Assembly (NCBI GenBank): GCA_977017645.1
Contig: OZ360223.1
Span: 198,152,001 to 198,216,000, forward strand
Length of the DNA: 64,000 nucleotides
Source of the DNA: Torpedo marmorata
Taxonomy: Eukaryota
Direction of reading: 5' to 3'
Below the pieces are notes generated by a model. That model saw only the letters and a program-made list of their open reading frames with translations. It did not search any database and had not been told where the DNA came from. The position numbers were made by a program, and so were the translations under genes. Of the stretch, positions 47,792 through 60,800 are shown in pieces (within the stretch, counting starts at the first letter, position 1; each line of letters opens with the position of its first letter).

Positions 47792-50700
47792 ATGGAAGGC
47801 GCTCTAAGACCGGACCGTCTGGACATCGATCATCTAGCTCCTGATGCCGGTAACTCTTTTGAACACTGGCTACGCTGTCTCGAGTGCTTCATGATAACCA
47901 TCAAAGCGGAAAGCGAGGAGCAGCAACTAAGGGTCCTCGTGTCCAGGGTAAGCCCTCGGTTATTCTCAACAGTGAGAGACTGTAAAACCTATACGGAGGC
48001 GATGGATGCGCTGAAAAGGATCTACGTGACGCCTGTCAACGCGGTCTACGTGAGGTACAGCCTTTTTACGCGAAAGCAGCGAGCCGGGGAGTCCATCGTG
48101 GAGTATGTCCGGGACATACAGTCGCTGGTACGAGCGTGCGACTGTAAAGCCCTAACTGCCAAGGAGCACGTTGAATTGCTGGAGAGAGACACGTTCATCA
48201 TGGGGATCAGGTCGGTATACGTGCGCCAGAGGCTGCTGGAGCACGCCGACCTGGACCTCCGTTCTGCGGTCTCAATGGTCCACACGCTGGAGTCCGCGCT
48301 GCGGAACTCCGACGCCATGCAGGCGCGCGACCCCCAGCCCGCAGCGTGGCCAGCCCCGTCCCCCAGCCCTGCCAGCGATCTGACTGCCGCCGCCGTTTGC
48401 CGCGACCCGATCACTACCGCCGCTATCCTCACCGCCGCAGCCGTTAACCGTGAGCCCGAGAAGTGTTACTTCTGCGGGCTCGACAAGCACCAAAGGAAAC
48501 GCTGCCCGGCCCGCGACACGACTTGCTCCAGCTGCGGCAAGAAAGGCCATTATGTGAAGGCCTGCCGCTCCAAGTCGCGCACGGGTCCGAGGAGCGCCGC
48601 GTGCGAGCTGCGAGAGCGGCCATCTTTGATGCTGGCACTTCCGGCGTCAACCTCGTGCGAAGAGTGGAGGTGGCCATCTTTGATGCTGGCACTTCCGGCG
48701 CCACCTTCTTATAGGCATACGTCGGTACTTCCGGCACTACCACCGCCGCCATCGTGCAGCGCGAGCAGCAGCGACATGTGCGATCCACGGGAGCGGCCAT
48801 CTTTAGCAACGGCAGATCAAGACGACTACATCCCAACCTTAGCATCAGTCACCCTTGACCAGAGTGTCCCCCACCAGCTGTCGCGATCCATGATGGACAT
48901 CCTGGTGGAGGGGCACAAAACCACCTGTCTCTTCGATACGGGCAGTACGGAGAGCTTCATCCACCCGGACACTGTCCAGCGCTGTGGCCTCACTACTATA
49001 CCGGTAAGCCAGAGGGTGGCCATGGCGTCTGGGTCACACACAACAGACATCCGGGGGGCTTGTGTGGCAAATATCGTGGTACAAGGGACTGAGTATCGCC
49101 AATTTTCCCTGTTCATTATGAATCGTTTGTGTGCACCAGTGTTATTGGGTCTTGATTTTCAGAGCCACTTACGGAGTGTCACGATGCGGTATGACGGTCC
49201 ACACCCCGCGATCACTGTAGCGAACCACCAGTTCCTGAACGACACGTCCCAGACTACCTGTGGCCTCTCCACTCTTAAGATCTCGCCCCCGTCGCTATTC
49301 GCCAACCTGACCCCTGACTGTAAGCCTGTGGCAACCAAGAGCAGGCGATACAGTGCAGGGGACAGGGCGTTTATCAAGACGGAGGTGCAGAGGTTATTAC
49401 AGGAGGGGATTATTGAGAGGAGTAATAGTCCCTGGAGAGCCCAGGTAGTCGTCGTAAAAGGGGCCAAGAGTAGGATGGTGGTCGACTACAGCCAAACCAT
49501 CAACCGATTCACGCAGTTGGACGCATATCCGCTACCACGAATAGCGGATATAGTAAATCAGATTGCCCAATATAGGTTTTTTTCCACCATAGACCTAAAA
49601 TCGGCATATCACCAGCTCCCTATCCAAAGGGAGGACCGCCTATACACTGCGTTCGAGGCGGATGGCAGGCTGTTCCATTTCCTGCGTGTCCCTTTCGGGG
49701 TCACTAATGGTGTATCGGTATTTCAGCGGGAGATGGACAGGATTGTGGACCATTATAAACTCAAGGCCACTTTCCCATACCTGGATGACATTACTATCTG
49801 TGGTCTTGATCGTCAGGACCACGACAACAACCTCCGGAAGTTCCTGCAGGCGGCCAAAGCACTAAACCTAATGTATAATAAAGAGAAATGCGTGTTCGGT
49901 GCCACCCGCCTCGCTATTTTGGGATATGTGGTAGAGAACGGGGTGATTGGACCCGACCCCGACCGCATGCGGCCCCTGCTGGAACTTCCACTTCCCTCCA
50001 CACTCAAAGCACTTAAACGATGCCTCGGGTTCTTTTCGTACTATGCACAGTGGGTTCCAAATTATGCTGATAAGGCCCGACCCCTGGTGAAATCCACCGC
50101 ATTTCCCCTTGCTTCGGAGGCGCGTAAGGCGTTCGACCTTATAAAAGGGGACATTGCGCGAGCAACAATGCACGCGGTGGACGAAGAGACACCTTTTCAG
50201 GTAGAGAGCGACGCATCGGACTTCGCGCTGGCTGCTACCCTCAACCAGGCGGGAAGGCCGGTGGCGTTTTTCTCACGGACCCTCCAAGGCCCCGAAATTC
50301 GGCACTCCGCGGTGGAGAAGGAAGCCCAGGCCATAGTGGAAGCAATCAGGCACTGGAGGCATTATCTCGCCGGCAAGCATTTTACCCTGCTGACCGACCA
50401 ACGCTCGGTGGCATTTATGTTCAACAATCAGCAGCGGGGTAAGATCAAAAATGACTAGATCATGAGGTGGAGAATAGAACTCTCCACCTACAATTACGAC
50501 ATCCTTTACCGGCCCGGGAAGCTCAACGAGCCCTCCGACACTCTATCCCGGGGATCATGCGCCAGCGCGCAGATCGACCGATTACATGCCCTCCATGACG
50601 TCCTCTGCCACCCAGGAATTACCAGGCTCTTTCACTTTGTGAAGTCACAGAACCTGCCATACTCCCTGGAAGAGGTCAAGACAATGATCAGCAGTTGCCG

Positions 50701-51678
50701 GGTTTGCGCGGAGTGCAAACCCCAGTTCTACCGCCCCGACAAGGCACAGCTGATCAAAGCCACCCGCCCCTTTGAACGTCTCAGTATTGTTTCAAGGGCC
50801 CCCTTCCCTCCACGAACCGCAACGTGTACTTCTTGAACATTATTGACGAGTACTCGCGGTTCCCCTTTGCCATCCCCTGCCCCGACACTTCGGCTACCTC
50901 AACCATAAAAGCTCTTCACCAGGTTTTTACGCTGTTTGGCTTCCCAAACTATATACATAGCGACCGGGGAGCAGCTTTTATGAGTGAGGAGCTGCGACGG
51001 TACCTGCAGGCCCGAGGCATCGCCACTAGCAGGACCACCGGGTACAACCCCCGGGGAAATGGACAGGTGGAAAGGGAGAACGCTACAGTCTGGAAGGCCG
51101 CGCTCCAGGCTCTCAAGTCCAGGGGACTGCCGGTCTCCCATTGGCAGGACGTCCTCCCCGAAGCCCTCCACTCTATCCGGTCCCTGCTGTGCACGTCCAC
51201 AAACGCAACCCCTCATGAACGACTTTTCTCCTTCCCCAGGAAGTCGACCACCGGAACCGCCCTACCTGCCTGGCTGACGTCCCCGGGACCAGTGCTGCTC
51301 CGCAATCACCTTCGGAGCAGCAAATATGAGCCGACGGTCCAGAGGGTGCAGTTGGCGCACGCCAACCCACAGTATGCATACGTGGTCTTCCCTGATGGGC
51401 GAGAGGACACTGTCTCGATTCGTGACCTGGCGCCCGCTGGGGCACCAGAAGGAAATCCCGACGGGCAAGACCACCTGCTGCAACCCCTCCCCAATCCACC
51501 GTCCAGCGCGTCAGACCCAGCACCCTCGCCGGGACCACAGACACACCAAGAAGCCAGGCAGGAGGCGACTGAACAGACAATCCTACCATCTCCCCCATTA
51601 CCACAACCCGCCCCGTCACCACAAGGACTACGCAGGTCACAGCGGCAAATTCGATCGCCGGATCGCCTAGATCTGTGA
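47792..51678 (+). pseudogene. gag-pol: gag-pol of copy C: single frame, nonsense at 50456-50458, frameshift near 50788
   Basis: ORFs 47642-50458, 50462-50836 and 50824-51678; KIKND* versus KIKNDK in the paralogues. Confidence 0.92.
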
Positions 51679-52228
51679 AAGTGCATATATATATATGTTT
51701 CTGTATAATAGTCACTGTATATCTGCTTCTGTAATATAGTTAGAGTGGTCACGTCACCCCGCTGGACTCTTTTTAAAAAGGAGGGGTGAATGTGGTAAAC
51801 CACTGTTTTAGTATTGTGTGGTATAGGTATGTCCTGCAGGCTGTCCCGATGTCTACTCCCCCCCCTCCCTTGGGTGTCCAGGTAATCCCTCCCCCTTCCT
51901 CACCTGAATAAAGGCCACTGTGCCACAGTCCCTCCCTCAGTCCGGGATTAGATCTGCAGGAATACTGCTGCTGTGTTTTAAGGTAATAAAAGCCAATGGT
52001 TCGTTCACACTCATAGTCTTTGAGTACTTATTGATAGGCCTATCAGGGACACCAATACCCCGAGCGTAAAGCCCTCCAAAAGGTAGTGGACACAGCCCAG
52101 GATATCACAGGCAAAACCCTCCCCACTATCGAACATCTACAGGGAACGCTGCCGTCGGAGAGCAGCAGCAATCATCAAGGATCCACACCACCCAGCACAC
52201 GTTCTGTTCTCGCTTCTACCATAAGGAA

Positions 52229-52447
52229 AAAAGGTAAAGGTAAAGGTTCCATTATTGTCACGTAATACTACATTTTAGAATGTAACATACATGAAATTCT
52301 TTAATTTTTGTCTACCGTAAGGCAGACAAAGGGTTGTTATTTTGTCCAGCGCCCCTCACAGAAACCTACAGCACCTGGTGTTCCTAGGCGGTCGCCTGCT
52401 TAGCTTCTGAGATCAGACAATCCCAGTCGTATTCAGGCTATTGGTGC
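52229..52447 (-). mobile_element. 5S rRNA-derived SINE (SINE3-type) with a LINE-like tail
   Basis: 52363-52447 resembles reverse-complement 5S rRNA (CCTACAGCACCTGGTGTTCCTAGGCGGTC...CCTGCTTAGCTTCTGAGATCAGAC) with an internal deletion; minus-strand tail GTGACAATAATGGA(ACCTTT)n. Confidence 0.82.
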
Positions 52448-53489
52448 TAAAAGAGGTATAGGTGCCACAAGACTTGCACCACCAGGTTCAGGAACAGCTG
52501 CTACCCTTCCACCATCAGATTCCTCAACAACAAATTCAATCAGGGACTCATTTAAGGACTCTGACTTTTGCACTTATTGATTTTTTTAAATTCTCTCTAT
52601 TTCAGTTTGTTTACATTTCTTTATCTATTTACAGTTCTTTATTTGTTTGCATGTGGACATTGTGCACAGTTTTTTTTGCACTACCAATAAGTGGTAATTT
52701 TGCTGCACCCGCAGGAAAAAGAATCTCAGGGTTGTATGTGATGTCATTTATGTACACTACTTGACAATAAATCTGAAATCTGATTACATGAGGTACACTG
52801 TAATCCTGTTCTTGTAATTCCAAAGCGTGGCAGTCTACTCCTTTTTCAAGTCCAATACCTTGATTTCCACCCACATTGCAATTCAACATTCCAAACTCAA
52901 TTCCCAATGGCATTCTCAGCAACGTTCACTGCAATATCCAAACGGACTCTGTCCCGTCACATTTCAAATTCAATGTCCTGCAGTATATTCAAGATGTAAA
53001 CACAATTCTCTGCACTCTTCTCAATCTGTAAAAACCACCATCTGCAGTCCCTTCACATTGCCACAATCTGAGCACACCCCCCCCCCCACCGCTTCGTGTC
53101 ACTGCCTTCCCATCACTTCTCAAATTCAACCCCTATAATTTCCTCAAATTGCAAGCAGCAGAGTCTTTAATACGCTCTGCAGTCTGCTCACATTGCCACT
53201 GCGAAGGTCTACAGTCCCTCACAATGTAACAGGAACAAATTTGGCCACTGACTGTGATATAACACTGTTAAATTGTGCTGCTAAGTATTTGCTTTGTTTG
53301 ATGGTTATAATGTGTTGTTTCAGATTGAGACTTTTTTAAATAAGTGAATTGTCAGCAATGGCTGAAGGGTTAAAGCATCAGAAAACACCAGGAACTGCAA
53401 CCTTTGAGCTGTCTGCATTGTTGAATTTGTTTCTTATTGTTTTTTTTGTTTCCACCCAGCTGGTCTAACACAGGGCTGGTTGTTCATTA

Positions 53490-55177
53490 CCATATTTGAC
53501 GGCATGTAAGACTCCCCTTTTTTCCTAAAAAATCGCTCCAAAACCACCCCCCCCCCAGGTCTTATATGCGGTGACATTTTGGTGCCGCCATCTTGCGCAC
53601 TGAAATACAAACGTAGTGGAGGCTTTTATCCGCAAGATGGCGACAGGAGGAAAGCGCTCAAGCTACACTATTGCATACAAACTAAAAGTCATAATCTATG
53701 CTAAGGAGCATGGTAATAGAACGGCAGCTAAAGTTTTTGGAGGGCCGCCTACAGCAAAAATGGCACGTGCATGGAGAAAGCAAGAAAAACGGCTAGAGAC
53801 TGCTAAAAAGGGTAAAGGTAACCTTCGTTGTCCAGCCGCACGTTGGCCACAACTTGAGGAAGAGCTAAAAAAACTGGGTGATAAATGAAAGGGATTCAGG
53901 GCAATGCGTTTCTACCAAGATGATAATGCATGAGGCCAGGAGATTAGGAGAAGAACAAAGGCATCAGGATTTTGCAGGAACAGAAGGTTGGTGTTACCGG
54001 TTCATGAAAAGACACGGTTTATCAATGTGTACAAAAACATCCATTGCACAGAAAATGCCATTGGATTATGAAGAAAAAATACTAGAATTTCATAAATTTG
54101 TAATAAATGCACAAAAAATAACTTGTTTTGAACTGAGCCAAATAGGGAACATGGATGAAGTTCCAGTAACATTCGACGTACCATCCAACGAAAGTGTGAG
54201 TGTTAAAGGAGCTAAAACCGTCGTAGTAAAAACCACTGGTCATGAAAAGACACACTATACAGTAGTTCTGGCCTGTTGTGCTGATGGCACAAAACTGCCA
54301 TCGTTTGTAATATTTAAAAAAGAAAGACTCTCCCCAAAGAAAAAATACCACACGGTGTGTTTGTTCATGTTCATCCAAAAGGCTGGATGGACGAAGTTGG
54401 AATCAAATTATGGTTACAGAAAATATGGCGAAGGTGTCCCGGTGGACTCTTTATATAAAAAAAATAATTTAAAAATAAAATTTTTTAAAAACCTGCACTT
54501 CTGGTCTGGGATCAGTTCAGGGCACACAGAACTGAAACCGTTATTTTTAAAAAAAGGCAGGAGAATTGAAAACCCAGGTGGCTGTTATTCCTGGTGGTCT
54601 GACGAGCCAATTGCAGCCTTTAGATGTGTGTATAACCAAGCCGTTTAAAAATAGCATGAGGGAACACTGGAACAAATGGATGGGAGAAAATGACCATGCA
54701 CTAACACGAACAGGAAGAGTGAAACGTCCCACCATTACACAGGTGTGTGAGTGGGTGAAGACATCTTGGGAAAATGTAAGAGCTGGAATTATTGTGAAGG
54801 CTTTTAAGAAGTGTGGAATTAGTAATGCCCTTGATGGCACTGAAGACGATGCATTATTTGAAGACAGTGATACCAGCATTAGTGATGATGAGTTTTTTGG
54901 CTTTGATACAGATGAATGTTCAGGCTTTGAAGATGATTAAAGTGATGTTTCCCAAACCTTTTATTGTGTTTTTGTTTATGATAGTTACTTGTTTTAATGT
55001 TCTCTTATAAAACGTTTTCTCTTGTTAATTACAGCAGTATTATTATTAAAACAATTTTTACCGATGTCCTAGTTGCATGTTTTGTCCAAGTTTTACCTGT
55101 AAATACACTAAAACAATTTTTTCCTAAAATTTCCTGCTAAAATGGGGCGGGGGGGTCTTATATGCCGTCAAATACGA
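53490..55177 (+). mobile_element. Decayed pogo (POGK/Passer-like) transposon
   Basis: TIR CC(G/A)TATTTGACGGCAT(A/G)TAAGAC, TA flanks, frameshifted transposase 53637-54940 (NMDEVP, IPGGLTSQLQPLDV). Confidence 0.92.
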
Positions 55178-57082
55178 TAAATTTTTTAAAAAGCAAGGAC
55201 ATTCCCTATTTCCTTGAAATGCTTCAATGTATCGCACACCCTATTTGCACACTCGATCACATGACTAGTAATGCACGTAACTTAACCTGAACCAAATTTA
55301 GCAAAGCAACCATCCATATTGTCATGTGATTGGAAGCTTCGGGTAAGAAGACTTGCCTTGTAAATTGTATCCCAAGTGCTTTGATCATAATATATGGGAA
55401 GCAGCTTAAAAATTATTTTCATTAAAGCAGAAAGATGAATGAATGGCAAATGTTTCCTCTATTGCCTGTAGTTCTCTTTGGGTTAGATTAAAATAAAATG
55501 TTCTCCTTCATTACAAACGGTAAACAATGAGATAATTCATGAAGAGTTTACATTAACATGGACAAAGAGACAAAACACTGATTGTGTTGTACATTAGTAG
55601 AGAATAAGCCATTTGCCACAGGCAGGGATTTATAGATTGCTCAGCATATGACATTGTCAGAGAGAGTCTGGCATAATACACACTAGCAGTTGACAATCAC
55701 ATCAATTTTTGACTGCAAATAATGAAAACTGTATTTAAATAGCAAATTTAAAAATATATTTTTCATATTTTGCAACCAGTGCTGAATGACACTAATTCTA
55801 GGTTGTACTTTTGAGAGCAAGTGTTAACGATTTATGCTAGACTGTTTGGTACCATGTCAATTAAAGGCATTGAGCAATTTAGTGCAGGTATCTTGAGTCC
55901 TGGTAAGGTCTTAGCAGTATCTGAATGATGTCCCCCAATAGCCCATTTAATTTCCTTCATATTGCACAAAATTTAATTGGTACAGGTCTTAATTATATGT
56001 TGTCTCTGCTGAGGTCTTAATTTTCAGTTCTTTGCTCTTGGCCATATTTGAAAGTTCATATTTGGATCTACAATCAGATATTAAACAATGAAGCTTCAAC
56101 ATCTAAACCCAATTATATCACAATTACATGGTTTAGCGGAGTTGAGACTTCAGTTAATGTTTCTCATTTGTCTCCAAATATCTGCTGTGTTTTCTTTAAT
56201 TTCTTCACAACATGATTCACAGTTCAAAGTTTTAATCAATCCATTTTTGCCCCCGAAAGTAAAGACCCATCTAATTCAAACTGCTGGATGGCTTGTACAT
56301 TGGTGTTTCTCTGCTCGTGTTAATTCAGTCTTTGGCATACTAATAATGAAAGGAATATTGTTATATTTTCAAGTCAAAATGGTGTCTGATGTGAAGAGGT
56401 ATTGATGGTGTATCTAATACATTACAGTTCTTGACTCTCTTTCTTGAGGATATATGTCATTAGGCAGGAGGTGCTGTTGAAATTAACGATGAACTCAATC
56501 ATATCGAAGCAATTGTGCATTAGGAGCAGAGAGGGTGGATGAGGGTGGATATTGAGTCCAGTGGCTGGAATAATCAGTTGAGAAGACTGCTTAACCTGCA
56601 TGATGTTCTGGGTTTTCTTGAAGATTGTCATATTACATGCAAGTGAATGTTCAGTCACACTCCTTGATGACACATTGCAGGAATTGAAGGTACAATGAGG
56701 GATGAGAGGGTGCTGGATTCAGCATCAAATACACTTTCTCTGCCTTGACCGATTTTTAGTTGAGCCATGGAGTCACTTAACCACTTTAGACCCTACAGCA
56801 TGGTTTTAGTTTACCAGAGAGAGAAGATCAAGCGAAAATAAAAATGTTTTAAAGGATGTAGATGGTGTTGTTATCTCTTCAGCAATCCATTATAGATTTA
56901 TCCATATGGAATATGGAAACTCAGATCGTGTTATAGGTAGTCCAATCAAGATTTTAACCAGCTGTGAGAATCCCCAAATTCAGAGCAGTTACAACGTAGC
57001 TGAACACTGTAGATATACACAACTTACTCCATTTCTCGCATTATGGTGGATAGTGGGTTGCTGATGAAGTGGTTGTAGGTAG

Positions 57083-57494
57083 TGTAGCGACTACTATCCA
57101 TAAAAAAGCTGCTCGGAGGCTAAGTAGGCTCTTTACTGCGACGTGTTAGAACAAATTCATAACGAAGTCCAGATGCGTTTTACAACTTTTATTAGACAAC
57201 CCAAAAGGACTCATAACGTGGTAACGATCATGAACTTGGTAATTCTAATGTCTAACAACGTTCCTGATAATATCGTAATGTCCTTTCTAACGTCTAACGT
57301 CTGTAGTAATGTCTATGCTATAACGGTCAACAGAAAATATCGAAGCCCTACTCACCCTCTGTCTCTATCCCGCCATAACAGTCAACGCAGGCTAATGACT
57401 CTCCAAGCCCACGAAACCCCCGCGCATGCGCACCGGCAGAAACAGAATACGCGCAGCCTCTGGACCCCGGAATGCCGCCGACACCAGCAACTAC
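57083..57494. mobile_element. Probable LTR fragment(s) into which Gypsy copy E inserted
   Basis: Abrupt CpG-rich segment starting TGTAGCG (57083) and TGTTAG (57144), with AATAAA on - near 57190 and GCGCATGCGC. The other end would lie outside the window. Confidence 0.45.
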
Positions 57495-57836
57495 TGATGA
57501 GCCCATCAATAACTTCAAAAGACTAGAAGTTGTACCAGAACTGAAAAGCTTTTATTAGCAAAAGAATGGAGTCATATCCGTGCTGGTAATCTGTCCCAGA
57601 CTGGGGGAGGAGTGGTGGCACAATGGCCTTTATTCAGGGGGTCTATGGGAAGAGCCACCGGGACAGTCAGCAGAGGGCATGTCCAGACATCTCACCCAGC
57701 CACAACCTATACAAAGTGGTTTACCACATTCACCCCTCCTTTTAAATGTCCCACGGGGTGAAAGGTGTAACAATATTTACAAAAGAAATTACAAATTAGT
57801 ATATTTACAGGTCGAGTCGATCAGGCGGTCGAGTCC

Positions 57837-60800
57837 TGATATACCTATCAATAACCGACACGAGTCTAGAAGTGCAGGAATTAACAGGCTTTTATTAACA
57901 GAATCAAAGCCAGGGCTGACTATGCCTTGACCTGATGATCCCTGCTGGATTGTCCCGGAACTGGGGGAGGAGTTGCTGGCTCAAGGCCTTTATTCCAGGT
58001 AAAGGGGGAGGGGTCACCGGGACAGACAAACAGGTCATGGTCATACCTGCCTCAGGCCATAATACATACAAAGTGGTTTACCACATTCACCCCTTCTTTT
58101 AGAACAAGTCCGACGGGGGGGGTGAAGTGGAAAACTGTAAAAAGAGAAGAAAAAAAAAACAAAATACATAGATAATATACAGTTTTTACAGGTCGAGTTT
58201 CGCCGGCGGCCGGATTTGCCGCCGTGACCTGCGTAGCGCCAGCGGTGATGGTAGTGGTTGTGGAATGAGGGTACGGGTGAAAATACGTGATGCCCGCGGG
58301 GATGGTTGTGGCTGCGGAATGGGAGTAGGTACAGTAGGGTGGATCTGGGGCTGGTTCGCCTCCTGCCTGGCTAGTGGCCAGTACAGCTGTGACGGGGACA
58401 ACGTCGTGCTGGGAGGCGGATGGTCCGGAGGGGGCAGCTGCGACCCGGCGTTCCCGCTGTCGGGGACCTCTTCAGACGCTCCTGCAGGCCCCAGGTCCCG
58501 TATTGACACCGTGTCTTCCCGCCCGTCGGGGAGAACCACGAATGCGTACTGCGGGTTTGCATGGATCAGCTGCACCCTCTCGACTAAGGGCTCGTACTTG
58601 CTACTCCGAAGATGTTTGCGGAGTAGCACCGGCCCCGGGGACGTCAGCCAGGCAGGGAGTGTAGTCCCGGTGGTCGATTTTCTGGGGAAGGAAAAGATAC
58701 GTTCGTGAGGGGTAGTGTTAGTGGCGGTACATAAGAGGGATCGTATAGAGTGGAGGGCGTCCGGGAGAACCTCCTGCCAGCGAGCCACTGGCCACCCTTT
58801 TGCTTTCAGGGACAGTAGTGTCGCTGTCCATACAGTGGCGTTCTCCCTCTCCACCTGTCCGTTCCCCCGTGGGTTGTACCCCGTGGTCCTGCTGGTAGCG
58901 ATGCCTCGGGTCTGCAAGTGCTGTCGCAGCTCCCCGCTCATGAACGCGGACCCCCGGTCGCTGTGGACATAGCTGGGGAACCCGAACACGGTGAAAACCT
59001 GGTGGAGAGCCTTGATAGCCGACGCCGCTGAGGTGTCTGGGCAGGGGATGGCAAAGGGGAACCGCGAGTACTCATCGATGATGTTGAGGAAGTACACATT
59101 GCGGTTCGTGGAGGGGAGGGGGCCCTTGAAGTCTATACTGAGACGTTCGAACGGGCGGGTGGCTTTGACCAGCTGTGCTCTGTCAGGGCGGTAGTACTGC
59201 GGTTTGCATTCCGCACAGACTCGGCAGCTACTGGTCATGGTCTTGACCTCATCCAGGGAGAAAGGCAGGTTCCGTGCTTTAATGAAGTGGAACAGCCTGG
59301 TGACTCCTGGGTGGCAGAGGTCATTATGTAGGGCGTATAACCGGTCGATCTGCGCGCTGGCGCACGATCCCCGGGATAGAGCGTCAGGGGGCTCGTTGAG
59401 CTTCCCGGGCCGGTAAAGGATGTCGTAATTGTAGGTGGAGAGTTCTATTCTCCACCTCATGAGTTTATCATTTTTAATTTTACCCCGCTGCTGGCTGTTA
59501 AACATGAAAGCGACGGAGCGCTGGTCCGTCAGCAGGGTAAAATGTTTTCCGGCGAGATAGTGCCTCCAGTGCCGGACAGCCTCGACAATGGCCTGGGCCT
59601 CTTTCTCTACCGCGGAGTGCCGAATTTCGGGGCCTTGAAGGGTGCGGGAGAAAAACGCTACCGGTCTTCCCGCCTGGTTGAGGGTAGCAGCCAGTGCGAA
59701 GTCCGAGGCGTCACTCTCTACCTGAAAAGGTTCCGACTCGTCCACCGCGTGCATCGCTGCTCGGGCGATGTCCCCTTTTATGAGGTCGAAAGCCTCACGT
59801 GCCTCCGCTGCCAGGGGAAACTTGGTGGACTTGACGAGGGGTCGGGCTTTGTCCGAGTAGTTTGGGACCCACTGCGCATAATAGGAGAAAAACCCGAGGC
59901 ATCGTTTAAGTGCTTTGGGGGTAACGGGGATCGGAAGTTCCAACAGGGGGCGCATGCGGTCGGGGTCGGGTCCAATCACCCCGTTTTCCACGACGCACCC
60001 CAGGATAGCGAGTCGGGTAGTCCCGAACACGCATTTCTCCTTGTTATATGTGAGGTTCAGCGTCTCGGCCGCCTGTAAGAACTTCCGAAGGTTCCTGTCG
60101 TGATCCTGGCGATCATGACCACAGATGGTGATGTCGTCCAGGTACGGGAAGGTGGCAGTGAGCTTGAACTGGTCAATGATCCTGTCCATCTCCCTTTGGA
60201 ACACGGATACCCCATTTGTTACCCCGAAGGGGACGCGCAGAAAATGGAATAATCTGCCGTCCGCCTCGAAAGCGGTGTATACTCGGTCCTCCCGGCGGAT
60301 TGGGAGCTGGTGGTAAGCCGACTTAAGGTCGATGGTGGAGAAGACTTTGTATTGAGCAATCTGGTTGACCACGTCCGCGATCTTCGGCAGCGGATAGGCG
60401 TCCAGTTGCGTGAACCGGTTGATGGTCTGGCTATAGTCCACCACCATCCGGCTCTTAGCCCCGTTCTTCACCACGACTACCTGTGCTCTCCAGGGGCTGT
60501 TACTGGGTGCAATGATCCCTTCCCCCAGCAAACGCTGCACCTCCGCCTTAATGAATGCCCTGTCCCCTGCACTGTATCGCCTACTTTTAGTTGCGATGGG
60601 CTTACAGTCAGGGGTCAGGTTGGCGAAGAGTGGCGGGGGTTGGGTCTTTAGTGTGGAGAGACCACAGGTAGTCTGGGGCGTATTAATTAAATATTGGGGG
60701 TTAGTCACAACGATTGGGGGGTGGGGCCCATCATAGTGCATGGTGACGCTACGCAGGTGGCTTTGGAAGTCCAATCCCAGCAATACAGGAGCACACAAAC

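Larger units (their letters stand above)
47509..52045 (+). mobile_element. Ty3/Gypsy LTR retrotransposon copy C
   Basis: LTRs 47509-47767 and 51791-52045 (three substitutions plus a C-run length difference seen); TSD GGGAC; PPT 51775-51790. Confidence 0.97.
47428..52785 (+). mobile_element. Rex1/Babar-like LINE 3' fragment split by Gypsy copy C and a 5S-derived SINE
   Basis: 47428-47508, 52046-52228 and 52448-52785 are colinear with 3409-3983. Confidence 0.88.

Noticed and set aside
52363-52447. Functional 5S rRNA gene
   Set aside because: Internal deletion, diverged 5' end, no oligo-T terminator, and it is fused to a LINE-like tail inside another LINE.
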